A stretch of DNA of 64,000 bases from Felis catus. Taxonomy: Eukaryota. Below the pieces are notes generated by a model. That model ran no database searches. It was not told the origin of the DNA and saw nothing but the letters and a program-made list of their open reading frames with translations. Below are positions 1 through 12,657 of this stretch, piece by piece (position 1 is the first letter of the stretch; every line of letters starts with the position of its first letter). The stretch is taken from NCBI RefSeq assembly GCF_018350175.1, contig NC_058369.1:1862001-1926000 (forward strand). Direction: 5' to 3'. The position numbers and the translations under genes are program-made.

Positions 1-9
1 GGCAGTGCT

Positions 10-187
10 TGGGGTCGTTGGTGGTTGTCATGACGGGGCTGGGCGGGGGGGGGGGGGGGGGGGCGGCAGTGCATCGAGTGGGTGGGGGACAGGGATGCTG
101 CTCAGCCCCCTGCAGTGCCCAGGACGGCCCCACCCCAGAGAATGATCCGGCCCCAGTGTCCACAGGGTTGAGGCGGAGACACCCTAT
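10..187 (+). mobile_element. MER20-like hAT DNA transposon
   Basis: ggttgtca...cagggatgctgctcag...cccaggacggccccacc..agaatgatccggcccc. Confidence 0.7.
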
Positions 188-394
188 GTTAATTATCTGG
201 AAAACCAGTTGAGTCCGATCCCTGCTCACTAGACACCAGAATAAATCTCCAAAGGGTCAGACAGTAGGAACCAGAGTGACCCCCGCCCCCCCCCCCCCGT
301 GTGTGTATTTAATTGTGTGCAGCCTCCTGGGACCTCCGTAGAGCGGATAATGATGGCACACAAAGTGTCTTGGGGGTGGGTAGACTCCCCTAAA

Positions 395-610
395 CCAGGG
401 AGATCTCACTGGGGAGTGCCTGTGTCCCTAAGGGACCGTGGTGGTATCTAGGAACATCTGTGGTTGTCACCCTGCTGAGCCCTGGGGTGGAGTAGGTGAG
501 GCCAGGGACGCTGCTCAACTCCTCCCAGTGCCCAGAAGAGCACCCCCCCCCGCCCCGCCCGGCGAGAACGACCCGAACCGCCGTTCGCAATGCTGAGAGG
601 GAGATCCCGA
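395..610 (+). mobile_element. MER20-like hAT DNA transposon
   Basis: ggttgtcac...gaggccagggacgctgctcaac. Confidence 0.65.
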
Positions 611-891
611 CTTACACTTTATCCTTAGAGGAGTTCCTCATTGGCCTCATCAGGCCCTTCCTGGGGAGAAATGATGAGTTTCTGTGGTTTGAACATTGAA
701 AGGGAAGGTCCCAAGCCATGTGGCACACGTCTAGGTGAAGGAGGGGGCTGAAGGGACCACGGGCATCTGCCACAAGGTAGGAGGGTCTTCGAACCATCAG
801 ACGATGGGAGAGAATTGTTCTGCAAGACCTAGGAAGGGGCTGGGGGACCTGGACCCATTGCCCTGAGCTGCGGCTTCAAGTCCCAAGAGCC

Positions 892-1095
892 GGGGCGCCT
901 GGGGGGCTCAGTGGGTTAAGCCTCTGACCTCCGCTCAGGTCATGATCTCACAGTTCGTGAGTGTGAGCCCCACGTCGGGCTCTGTGCTGACAGCTCGGAG
1001 CCTGGAGCCTGTTTCGGATTCTGTCTCCCTCGCTCTCTGCCCCTCCCCCGGCTCATGCTCTGTCTCGTTCTGTCTCTCAGACATTAACAAAAATA
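892..1095 (+). mobile_element. SINEC_Fc (Can-SINE)
   Basis: tRNA-derived head, CT tract, TSD gtcccaagagc. Confidence 0.9.
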
Positions 1096-1254
1096 TTTAT
1101 AACGTCCCAAGAGCAAAGACGGAAGTTCACGCAGCGTGGGAGGCAGTGGTAGATGCCTTCAGGCGCTTGCACAGAATCCCCTGCATGAGGCTCCCTGGCA
1201 GCAAGGCTAGGGGGTTGGGGGGGGGGGCGGCAAGGAACGCTGCCCCTCTGTTTG

Positions 1255-1650
1255 CCTGTGGTGTTTGTGAGCGTCCCGGGGCAGACTGGGTGGCTGAAAC
1301 TCCAGAAGCTTCCTCTTGCACACTCTGGAGGCCAGAAGTCTGAAATGCAGGGTCAGCAGGCCTCCAGGGGAGGACCCTTCCTGCCTCTTCCAGCTCCCTG
1401 TGGTCCCTCTCTACGCTTGGGGTCCCTCGGCTTACAGCTGTGTCACTCCAGCCTCTACGTCCATTGTCACATGGCCTTCTTCCTGTGTGTCTGCGTCTCT
1501 TTTAAGGACACCAGCCCGTGGCATCGGGCCCACTCTACTCCTATATGACTTCATCTCAGCTGCGAAGATCCTGCTTGCACATGGGGTCACCTTCACAGGT
1601 ACCAGAGGGTCAGGGCTGGAGCGTGTCCTTTAGAGGACCTGATTCAGTGT
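1255..1650 (-). mobile_element. MLT1 (MaLR) solo LTR
   Basis: ctggaggccagaagtctgaaat...taaggacacc...ggtcaccttcacaggtacc. Confidence 0.75.
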
Positions 1651-1944
1651 CATCAGCAGATGTTTCGTCAGGGTGAAGCATGCGTGTCCTTGTAAAGACA
1701 CGTCTGATGCCCTGGGGGCATGGCCGGGCACAGCCTGCTCCCCTTTGTAGCTGAAGCAAGGCAGGGCTGGCTCTCCGTGAGAACTCTGCATCATTCCAGC
1801 TCATCTTGTAGATTTTCAGGCTTTTGTTTCAGGCTTTTGTTCAGGCTTTTTGTTTCATTTGTTTCATTTCATGAGTGGTTTGTAAAAAAAGTTGCCCTTA
1901 CAGATCACGTCTTCCTTGGTAATTTATTTTTTTTATTAAAAAAT

Positions 1945-2405
1945 TTTTTTTAATGTTTGTTTATTTTTGAGAGAGGGAGAGAGAGAGAGAGAGAGCATGC
2001 ATGAGCCAGCGGGGGAGGGGCAGAGAGAGAGAGAGAGAGAGGGAGATACAGAATCCGAAGCAGGCTCCAGGCTCCAGCACAGAGCCCGACACGGGGCTCG
2101 AACTCACAAACCCTGCGATCATGACCTGAGCCAAAGTCGCACACTTAACCGACTGAGCCACCCAGGCGCCCCTTCCTTGATAATTTAAACAGTTATGGGG
2201 CACCTGGGTGGCTCAGTCAGTTAAGTGTCTTACTTTGGCTCAGGTCATGATCTCAGGGTTTGTGAGTTCAAGCCCCAGGTCAGATTCTGTGCTGACAGCT
2301 CGGAGCCTGGAGCCTGCTTTGGATTCTGTGTCTCCCTCTCTCTTTGCCCCTCCCCGGCTCATGCTCTGTTTCTCTCTCTCTTAAAAAAGTAAACATTAAA
2401 AAAAA
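1945..2405. mobile_element. head-to-head SINEC pair (- 1945-2172, + 2197-2405)
   Basis: two Can-SINE copies, each with its own TSD. Confidence 0.9.
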
Positions 2406-2519
2406 TTTTTTTTTAAACAGTTACATGTCCAAAAAAGAAAAAAAAAACCAGTTACACATGCTTACTGGAGTTAGCCATGGTATTTTTTTCCAGGTTTGTT
2501 AGGTTTATTTTTGGCTAAC

Positions 2520-3300
2520 AGCTTTATTTAGATATAGTCCACAAACCAATTCATTCATTTCAGGTATGCAGTTCAGTGATTTCTCGTGTATTCACAGAGT
2601 TGTGCAGTCATCATGTCTGTCTAGTTCTGGAACATTCCATCACCCCAGAAGAAACCCTGTCTCCGTCAGCAGTCACCCTCCTTCCCCTAGTCCCCACGAG
2701 CCCCCTGCCTGTCCCTGGATGATCCCGTTCTGGACGTTTCACACACCCCGTGTGGCCTCTCGTGTCTCGTTCCCTCCCTGAGCGTCATGTGTTCAGGTCT
2801 GACCGCGGGGCAGCGGGTGTGGGTGCCTCGCTCCTGCTCGCGGCTGAATGATATTCCACTGTACGGCTGGACCACATTGTGCTTACTCGTTCATCCGTTG
2901 ATGGGCACTGGGGTTGTTTCCACTCTTCGGCCACCGCGAGTCGTGCCGCCACGAACATTCGTGGGCAGGTTTTGGTGTGGATGTGTGTTTTCGTGTCTCT
3001 CGGGCAGACGGTAGGAGAGGCATCCCTGGGTCCAGTGGAAACTGTGTTTAACCATTTGAGGAACCGCCAGACCGTCTTCCAGGACAGCGACCCACCTCCC
3101 ACCCCCGCTGGCCTTGCTCCAGGGTGGCCATTCCCCCCCCCATCCTCACCGACACCTGTTCCTGTCCTGTGGCCTCCAGTTATCCTGCTGGGCGGGAGGG
3201 GCCTCCTCACTGTGGGTCTGATTTCCGTGATGACTCATGAGATCGATCATCCTTTCCATGCGGCTTGGTCGTTTGCGTGTCGCCTTTGGACAAATGCCTG
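2520..3300 (-). mobile_element. L1MB-like 3' fragment
   Basis: ttcatccgttgatgggcactggggttgtttccac; minus-strand peptide TKTCPRMFVAA..WKQPQCPSTDE. Confidence 0.8.
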
Positions 3301-3834
3301 TTCTCTACGGGAGCTCTTTGTTAGGAAGTGAGTCGCCGTCGCTGGAAGAGGCGTGCGCGGGGGCCCTGAGTGCCTCGCCACCGCTCCTCGTGCGTGCTCT
3401 CCACCAGCTTCTTCCTTCAGCCTCACCCCAAGGAACCTTGTTCCCTGATCCCCCTTTCCTGGTGGGGAGGCGGCTGTTTTCTTAAACGTTCAGCTTTGAC
3501 TTAATTATAGACTCATACAATGTTGCAAAAACGGGGTGGAGTCCCACCCACCCATCACCCAGCTGCCCCCTTGGCCCGTCTCCTGACAATAGTAGGATCA
3601 AAGCCGCACGTGGGTATTGACCACCCCCCCCATGAAAAAATTTTAATGTTTATTTTTTTGAGAGAGAGCGCGTGTGAACCGGGGAGGGGCAGAGAGATTG
3701 AGAGAACCCAAGCCGACCACGCTGTCAGCGCGGAGCTCAAGAGTCGCGGCTTAACCAACTGAGCCACCCGGGTGCCCCGCCCCCGCCATGAAAGTTTCCT
3801 AGCAGAGATGCGTCTGGGTGCTGGGGCTGCACGG

Positions 3835-4050
3835 CTCCCACAACAGACTTGTCTTCTCCACGTGTCTGTGTCCTAATCCTCTCTTCTTACAAGGACACTG
3901 GTTTTACTGGATCCGGGCCCATTCCTAACGACCTCATTTTGACTTAATACCTCTTAAAGGCCCTATCTTGAAATACAGTTACCGTCTGAGGTCCTGGGGT
4001 TGGGACTGGAAGGGATGAATTTGGAGGGGACACAGATTAACCTGTGACAA
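3835..4050 (-). mobile_element. MLT1 LTR fragment
   Basis: cttacaaggacactgg...acctcattttgactt...ctgaggtcctggggtt. Confidence 0.7.
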
Positions 4051-4064
4051 CAGATATATGTGTA

Positions 4065-5175
4065 CAGACATACGTTGGAGATATTGCGGGTTCGGTTCCG
4101 GACGACCGCAGCGAAACAAGTCAGATGAATTGTTTGGTTTCCCAGTGCATGTAAAAGTTATGTTTTCTCCGTACTTGTGCAATAGCACTGTATCTAAAAG
4201 AACAATGTAGGGGCGCCTGGGTGGCTCAGTCAGTTAAGCCTCCGACTTTGGCTCAGGTCATGATCTTGCGGTTCGTGGGTTCGAGCCCCACATCAGGCTC
4301 CGTGGTGACAGCTCAGAGCCTGGAGCCTGTTTCCAATTCTGTGTCTCCCTCTTTCTCTGCCCCTCTCCCACGCGCTCTCTCTCTCTCTCTCAAAAATAAA
4401 CGTTAAAAAAATCTCCACTACTTTTTCAAAAATATAAATAAAAGAACAATGTAAATATCTTCATTTGAAAGTACTTTAACTGCTACAAGATGCTTATCAT
4501 CATGTGAACTGTCAGCCAGTCATATCACTGGTCACAGATCACCGTAACAACTATAAGAATAACGAGTGCAGACCCGCCTGGTGGGCTCAGTCAGTTAAGC
4601 ATCCGACTCTTGGTTTTGGCTCAGGTCGTGATCTCGCACTTTGTTTTAAAATTTTTTTTTTCAACGTTTATTTATTTTTGGGACAGAGAGAGACAGAGCA
4701 TGAACGGGGGAGGGGCAGAGAGAGAGGGAGACACAGAATCGGAAACAGGTTCCAGGCTCTGAGCTGTCAACACAGAGCCCGACGCGGGGCTTGAACTCAC
4801 AGACCGTGAGATCATGACCTGAGCCGAAGTCGGACGCTTAACCGACTGTGCCACCCAGGCGCCCCATGATCTCTCACTTTGTGAGATCGAGCCCCACATC
4901 GGGCTCTGTGCCGACAGCATGGAGCCTGCTTAGGATTCTGTCTCCCTCTCTCTCTCTGCCCCTTTTCCTGCACGTGTGCTCTCTCTCTCTCTCTCTCAAA
5001 ATAAATAAAGTTAAAAAAAGATAATGAGTTGGTGAGAATCACCAGCGCATGACCCAGGAACACGCAGTGAGCAAATGCTGTTGGAAAAATGGTGCCAACG
5101 GGGTGACGCAGGGTTGTCACAGACCTTCAGTCTTAACGCGGTGGCCGTGAAGCACAATGAAATGAGACATGCCCG
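4065..5175. mobile_element. Tigger2a-like mariner element interrupted by three SINEs
   Basis: degenerate TIRs (CAGACATACG.. / ..GACATGCCCG) flanked by TA at 4063 and 5176; ggagatattgcgggttcggttcc. Confidence 0.75.
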
Positions 5176-5544
5176 TATCTGCTTCTGTTCTGCATGCGTG
5201 TAAAAGAATACTTTCTACATTCTCCCCTCCCTGTCCCAAGAACCGATTTGTGCTACCTCAGGGTTAACATCGCCGTAGTGGGAACGCTTTGCCTGATGTT
5301 GACGTCTCACTGTGGGACATTTATCACAGCCAAAACGTGACCCCCGAGTGGTGCCGCCAGGGGCCGAGGGAGGGGGCTGGGCAACATCAAGTCTCAGTTA
5401 CGGAAGATGAGCACGTGCGAGAGGGCCACCGGACGATGTCGTACCTACGGTCAGCAACAGCGCCTTCTACGCTTAAAATTTGTTAAGATAAATCTCATGT
5501 TAAGCGTTCTTACCACAGACCGTTTTTAAAAACATCAACCCACT

Positions 5545-5755
5545 GGGGCTCCTGAGCGGATCACTCGGTTAAGTGTCTGACTCTTGATTTCAGCTCAGGT
5601 CGTGATCTCGCACTTTGTGAGGTCAAGCCCCATGTCGGGCTCTGTACTGACAGCGTGGAGTCTGCTTGGGATTCTCTCTTTCCCTCTCTCTCTGCCCCTC
5701 CCCTGCTCGCTCGCTCTCACTCTCTCTCTCTCAAAATAAATAAACTTAAAAAAAG
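5545..5755 (+). mobile_element. SINEC
   Basis: Can-SINE consensus; TSD acatcaacccac. Confidence 0.9.
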
Positions 5756-7409
5756 CCACATCAACCCACCAAGGCATCAACCTTGGTTCAGAATACTAAC
5801 CAGACTGCAAACTTCATTTAGATTTCATGAGGTTTTCCACTAGCCCAGGACCTTCATTCTGGCCCAGGACCGCATCCAGGGTCCCACATGACATCTTGCC
5901 ATTTCGCCTTGTTTTCTGGGGCTCCTCCAGTGTGACCCTTCCTCAGACTTTCCTGGTTTTGCGTGGCCTCGACGCTTTTGAAGAGCAGTGGCCAGGTGCT
6001 TTGTAGAAGGTCCCTTGGACTGAGTTCGTCTGATGTTTTCTCATGATTACACTGAGGTTACCTTACACTGAAGGTGGCCCAGAGGTGTCCTGTGTCACAT
6101 CAGGGGACATCACAGCAGGCGTCCTGTCCTCATCACAGTGACACTGATCTTCATCACTTGGCTAGGGCGGGGTCTGCCAGGTTTCTCCAGGAATAAAGTT
6201 CCCCTTCTTCACTCTATCTGCACTATTTGCTGGAAGCAAGTCACTGAGTGAACCCACGTGGATGGCGCGGGGGAGGGGAGGCTCCTCCGCGTCCTGGAGG
6301 GAGGACCATGGAAGAATACAGATGCGTTAACACCATGGCGGTAATTAACAAGTATTTTGGAGATGTGACTTTTCTGCTACCCGATGTCCCGCCTCTCCTT
6401 GGAGTGTCCCCAGTAATGACTTGTGCATCCGTGGGGATGATCACCGGGGTGTTCCCATGAAAATCCCATGGTGATTTTCTATTAATGGGGCTGGGTGGTG
6501 ATTTTTGAAGTTTTCATCCAGGAATCCAGATCACGCCCGTCGTAAGTATCCGGTAACTGGCCTCTATTCATTCCTCATGAGTCTGCATGAGAATTTGCGT
6601 TTACAAGAGACTTCACGCCTACGACATCACCCAGAGCAGGCCGGTGGCTCACGTGTAGTGAGTGGGGACAGAGCAGGACTGCTCCAGGATGTTGTTAACA
6701 GAGGGCCACAGGCAGACAGTGCTTAGAGCACGAGAAACAGTTCAGGACCTGTTGCAGTGGGGAAGGACCTCTGGTGCACCTGGGCCCCATCCCCGATGCA
6801 GTGTGGACAAGAGGGGGTTTATAGCAAGGGAGTAGGTGGGGGTCAGCAGACGGGCACTTGCCGTGAGGACGCATCACGGGGGATTCTGGCTGAACAGACC
6901 TGATAGGATTGCTGCTGCAGGCATTCTGGGTGATCCCCACCCCCCCACCCCCTCCAACCCCCCGCCACCTGGGTGGGGCAGGAGGAAATTGGCCGGATAT
7001 CCAGGGTGATCAGACACGGGGCGGGGGCTTCAAGCTGAAGTGACTTAGCAGGGCTCTGGCTAAAACAGAGCATCTGAGCTGAACTCAGAAGCCCAGAGGT
7101 CAAGGCCTAGTTGGATGGAGGGCTCAGAGAGGCGAGAGAGGGTCCTTGGTGCCACCAGGCAGCACCAGAATCAGCCTGGAAGGGAAGGGAGCCTCCCGGG
7201 AGTGTGCAGTCCGGCCTGTGCCTTCCGGGTGGGACAGGCGCATCTGGATCCTTCGTGCTGCAGAGCTGGGGTGGTCCGGTAGGAGAGGCCAGGGCAAAGG
7301 AGGGGGCCCGGGAGAGGGGCCCCAGGGAGCCGGCTGGGCTGTGGGGAGGCAGAGATGAGTCTGGGAGGCGCCCAGGGTGGGGGCCTGTGGGCTTCGAGGC
7401 TGGGAGGTC

Positions 7410-7820
7410 CTACTGGGTCAAATGGGGTTCCCCACAAAATTCGTGTCCACCCGGAACCTTGGAATGTGAGCTTACCTGGAAATGGGGTCTTTGCAGATGT
7501 AATTAGTTAAGATGAGGTCATATGGGAATGGGTGAGTCTAATCCAACGACTGGCGTCCTTATAAGAAGAGAGACACAGAGTCAGAAGACAGTCACGTGAC
7601 CACCGAGGCAGAAGCTGGAGGGATGTGACCACAAGCCCAGGGGAAGCTGGAGTCCCCGAACCTGGAAGAGGCAGGAAGGACCCTGTTCTGGGGCTTTGGC
7701 CCTGAGACCTTGATCCAACTTCTGGCCTCCTGAACGTGAGAGAATAAATCTCTGCTGTCTTAAGCCCCCAGCGTGTGGTCGTTTATTTCAGTGGCCCCAG
7801 GACACTTGCACAGACTCCTC
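7410..7820 (+). mobile_element. MLT1 solo LTR
   Basis: tctttgcagatgtaattagttaagatgagg...gagagaataaatctctgctgtcttaagcc. Confidence 0.85.
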
Positions 7821-8054
7821 CGTGATAGAATTGGTATACTTTGTAAGCTTCCAAGACCTTCCGTATTTTGGTCCATGCATGGGTTAAGGGGCCATTCAGG
7901 CCTGTGGCCTCTGTCCTGGCTTCTGTTGACCACACTGTGTGTGTGTGTGGGGGGGGAGGGCGCACCTGGATTGTGCCAGAGGTGTCCAGGTCCAGGATTT
8001 GGGGATCAGGGACAGGCCTGGGCCTGGGCTTCACGGTCCCTTCTCCTCCCGCAG

Positions 8055-8127
8055 CTCTGCCTGCCCCGGATCCTGCTTTTCCCAAGAGAAGAGGATGGCT
8101 GCTGGGTACGTGTCCCCCGGGCCCCAG
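8055..8127 (+). CDS. ZNF554: ZNF554 exon 2 (SACPGSCFSQEKRMAAGYVSPGPQ); internal ATG at 8095; upstream exon 1 not identified in window
   Basis: ctcccgcAG acceptor ends 8054 and CAG|GTGAGT donor follows 8127. The 73-nt exon's peptide resembles the recalled human ZNF554 N-terminus (SACPGTCFSQEERMAAGY). Confidence 0.85.
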
Positions 8128-8469
8128 GTGAGTGGGACCTGAGTACGTGTCCCCCGGGCCCCAGGTGAGCGGGACCTTCCTCTTCCCCTGAAAGTGTCCA
8201 GTGTGCCCAGAGGACGCACTCCTACAAGAAGTGCATTCCCAGATAGGGAAGGGAGCCCCATTGCTGTGTGGGAGCTCAGGGAGCCTTCCCCGTGAGCGTC
8301 TGGGTCCGAGAACCTCTGCTTGTAAGCAGAAGCACAGGCGTGCTGTTCAGTGCGTCTTTCCCCGCAAGACAGCTGAGCTTCTGTCCTCGGCAGGGAGCAC
8401 TTCCCCCACCGCGGCGGGGGGCCGCCTGGGAAGCACCGTCTCGTTACTTCAGTTGTGGTGAAAGGTTCA

Positions 8470-8790
8470 CCATCGTAACCTTCTCTAAGCACACAGCTCA
8501 GCGGCACCAAGCGCACTCATGGTGTCGTGCAGCCGCCCCCATCATCCGTCTCCAGAACTTTGCATCTCCCCCGACTGAGACCCTGTCCCCATGAAGCACC
8601 AACGCCCCCCCCTGGCTCCCACCATCTGCTCTCTTGTCTCTGTGGACGGGACTCCTCTGGGGAGCCTCTGTGAGTGGGGTCACGCGGGACGTGTCCCGTC
8701 TGTGTCTGGCCTCTGTCACTGTGCACAGTGGCCTCCGGGTCCGTCCACGTGGTGGCAGGCGGCAGGACGTCCTTCCTTCCCGAGGCTGGG
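8470..8790 (-). mobile_element. GC-rich L1MB-like 3'UTR fragment
   Basis: similar to 10840-11176 and to the L1 3'UTR pattern. Confidence 0.65.
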
Positions 8791-9494
8791 TCAGTCTTTG
8801 TAAGCCTGGAAGAGCTGTGTTTAATGTGAAGCTGCCTTGCAGGCCATGAGCATCAGGACAGCAGAGGCCACCATCCACTGGGACAACACATCTGTGGGGA
8901 CTGGTAGATGGGGTCCCTGTCCCTTAGCTCTCGGCTTCGGATGGCAGCCACAAGTCTGAGAAAGTGATCAGTGTCTGCGCCAGAAATATAGGGCCGACAG
9001 AGCTCAGGTTCAGGTGGTCCCTGGGAGAACAGGCCCTTTCCTGTGGACATTTGCAGGCGATCCCAAGGGTCCAGGCAGTGTCCTGGATGTTGTCCTTGTT
9101 GGGGCCCCCTGGAGAGGGGTACTTGATCTGCTCTGGCCCCTGCATGGAAGTCCTGGTCATCGCAGGCACACCCACTTTCAGGCCAGCCTGGTGCTCGCTG
9201 AGGCTGGCACAGCCCCCGGGGACACTGTCAGGTTTCAGCTTGGAGCCCACACCGCCCCCGGGGCCTGTGGGGTCAGGGTTCCAAACAAAGCTGTGGCTTG
9301 TCCCTCGGCAGCAGGAGAGCTGAGATGCCGCGAGGCCAGGCAGGGTCCCTTCTTCTCTGTCTTCACGTTAAGTAAACGGAGCCACCCAGACCTAGGCGGT
9401 CAGGCCGGAGGGTCATCGCCTGTCCAGGCCATGCAGGATTTCACGGGAGCCCCTTAGCAACCCAGGCCTGCATCTTTATTTATTTATTTATTTT

Positions 9495-9709
9495 AATTTT
9501 TTTTTTTAATGTTTGCTTATTTTTGAGAGAGAGAAATACGGAGCGTGAGCAGGGGAGGAGCAGAGAGAGAGGGAGACACAGAATCCAAAGCAGGCTCCAG
9601 GCTCCGAGCTGTCAGCACAGAGTCCAATGTTGGGCTCGAGCCCACGAACTATGAGATCATGACCTGAGCTGAAGTTGGACGCTCAACCGACTGAGCCACC
9701 CAGGCGCCT
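9495..9709 (-). mobile_element. SINEC_Fc
   Basis: Can-SINE consensus. Confidence 0.9.
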
Positions 9710-10426
9710 CAGGACTGTGCTTTTTAAAAACGAAACCAAAAACCACCTTAGCTTCAGCCAGCATGGCCAAAACCAGCCAGCGGGTCCAGCAGGCCTGCTC
9801 GCCTGGGGTGGGAGCCATCGCTTTCAAGGTCCATAGGTAACTTTTCCCCTCACGACAGACAGCAGCCCAGCTGCTGGTTCCAGCCAGGACGGCTGCAGTA
9901 GCCAGCCAGGCGCCACACGTTCGCCATCCCCCCTCCACGTGCCCTTCCTTTGCCCATCAGCGCTCTTGCCACATTTCTCCGCTCGTGCGGATCGGCAGGT
10001 GTGGCTTCTGGGTTCTCTGACCGTGTCGCTAGCAGATGCCCCGACCGGCGTGAACTACTCAGCCTCACTGCACCCCGTGGAGCGGAAAGAGTTTCTTCCA
10101 TTTTCCTTCCATTGAGCAGATGAGGAGGCCACGTCCTGGAAAGTCAGTAATACACGTCCGATCCCACAAGCTACCTCTTTCTAGAATGAGCAGGGGGAGG
10201 TTCTCAAGTGGGAATGTTGCGCTCACAGATCCAAAAGTGGGACTCACCAGTTCAGTAGGAAACGGGCCGTGTGTTCCCACGAGATCTGCGTGCTAGCAGA
10301 ATCTGACCTCCGGGCTTTGCTCCCTGCTCCCCGTGGATCTCCTGTTGGCCACGGCCTTCGGGCCTCTTGTAAAAAGGCGGGGGCGGGGGGGTGCCTTTCT
10401 TGAGCAGAATCGATGTGATATTTTAG

Positions 10427-10600
<174 letters not shown>

Positions 10601-10819
10601 TAGCCTCCGCGGTGTGTCCAGAGCCGTGTTAGGAAGTGGGGGGTTGTTGGTGAATAAGGCAGCTGTGGGCCCCTGCCCTTATGGGGTGAGTGGTCTACTG
10701 GTTTCTTCAACACTGCAAGTGACCCGATTTCTCCCAGAGCTGCTGCCGAGCCGCACATCTCACCTGAGGCTTAGATAATGTCCCCGAGTCCCCTCGGGTA
10801 CAGAGTCATCATGAAACAT

Positions 10820-12626
10820 GTTTTTGTATGTGTGGTAAAACATGTACAACATAAAATCTGCCTTTTAAACCATTCTTGGGTATACAATTCAGTGGCAGTA
10901 ATTACATTCAAAATGTGCAGTCACCCCCACCATCTGTTTCTAGAACTTTCCATCTCCCCAGACTGAGACCCTGCCCCCACGAAGCACTGACACCCCGCCC
11001 CCTGCCCCACCCCTGGTTCCCACCATCCGCTCTCTGTCTCTGTGGACGGGGCTCCTCTAGGGACCCCCTGTGAGTAGGGTCACGCGGGACGTGTCCTTCT
11101 GTGTCTGGCTTCTGTCACTGTGCACAGTGTCCTCCAGGTCTGTCCACGTGGTGGCAGGTGGGAGGATGTCCTTCCTGTTTATTTTTTATTTATTTGTTTA
11201 TTTTTTAAAGAATGTTTATTTGAGGGGGGGAGGGCAGAGAGAGAGAGAGAGGGGGGAACGGAGGATCTGAAGTGAGCTCTCTGCTGACAGCAGACAACCC
11301 GACGCAGGGCGGAACTCATGAACCACGAGATCATGATCTGAGCTGAGGCCAGACGTTTAACCAGCTGAGCCACTGAGGCGCCCCTGCCCTTGTTTGTTTG
11401 TTTGTTTGTTTGAATGTTTATTTTTGAGACAATGCGAGAGACAGAGCATGAGCGGCGGAGGGGCAGAGAGAGAGGGAGTCACAGAATCGGAAGCAGGCTC
11501 CAGGCTCTGAGTCGTCAGCACAGAGCCCGACGTGGGGCTCGAACCCACGAACCGTGAGATCATGACCTGAGCTGAAGTTGGACGCCTAACCGACTGAGCC
11601 TCCCAGGCGCCCCTGCCCTTGGTTTTTATTTTTTTTATTATTTTATTTTATTTTTTTTAGATATGGTAACAGGATACTAATGAGGTTAACATTTTAATGT
11701 TTATTTAGTTCTCAGACAGAGACAGAGCGTGAACAGGGGAGGGTCAGAGAGAGAGGGAGACACAGAATCCGAAGCAGGCTCCAGGCTCTGAGCTGTCAGC
11801 ACGGAGCCCGCCGACATGGGGTTCGACCCCACGAACTGTGAGATCATGACCTGAGCCAAAGTCAGACGCTTAACCGACTGAGCCACCCAGGCGCCCCTGC
11901 CCTTGTGTTTTGTTTTTTTTTTTTTTTTTCCCAACGTTTATTTATTTTTTGGGACAGAGAGAGACAGAGCATGAACGGGGGAGGGGCAGAGAGAGAGGGA
12001 GACACAGAATCGGAAACAGGCTCCAGGCTCTGAGCCATCAGCCCAGAGCCCGACGCGGGGCTCGAACTCCCGGACCGCGAGATCGTGACCTGGCTGAAGT
12101 CGGACGCTTAACCGACTGCGCCACCCAGGCGCCCCTGCCTTTGGTTTTTGAAGCCGAGTGATATTTCAGTGTGTGGATGGACCCCATTTTATTTATCTAC
12201 ACAACCATGGGTGGACACTTTGTAGCTGCTGAGAATCATGCTCCCGTGAACACAGATGTGCAAATAGCACTTTGAGTTCCTGCTTTCTTCTTTCTCGGGT
12301 GCACACCTAGGGGCGGACTTGCTAGGTCATATGGAGACTCTGTGCTTCCCTTCGTGAGAGACCGCCAGACTGCATTTCACCATCTTACCAGCCACGCACA
12401 AGGATTCCGATTGGCCCACATCCTCTCTAATCCTTATTTTCTGTTTTTGCTTAAAAAAAAAAAAATTACAGGCACCTGGGTGGCTCAGTCGGTTGAACGT
12501 CTGACTTCAGCTCACGTCATGATCTCGCGGTTCGTGACTTCGAGCCCCGCGTCAGCCTTTGTGCTGATAGTGCAGAGCCTGCTTGGGATTCTCTGTCTCC
12601 CTTTCTTTCTGCCTTTCCCCTCCTCA

Positions 12627-12657
<31 letters not shown>

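Noticed and set aside
1..8054. ZNF554 promoter/exon 1
   Set aside because: No CpG island or convincing first exon seen; probably upstream of the window
11180..12150. CRISPR-like repeat-spacer arrangement; tRNA genes
   Set aside because: Eukaryotic DNA. The repeats are SINE target duplications, and the A/B-box sequences belong to tRNA-derived SINE heads.
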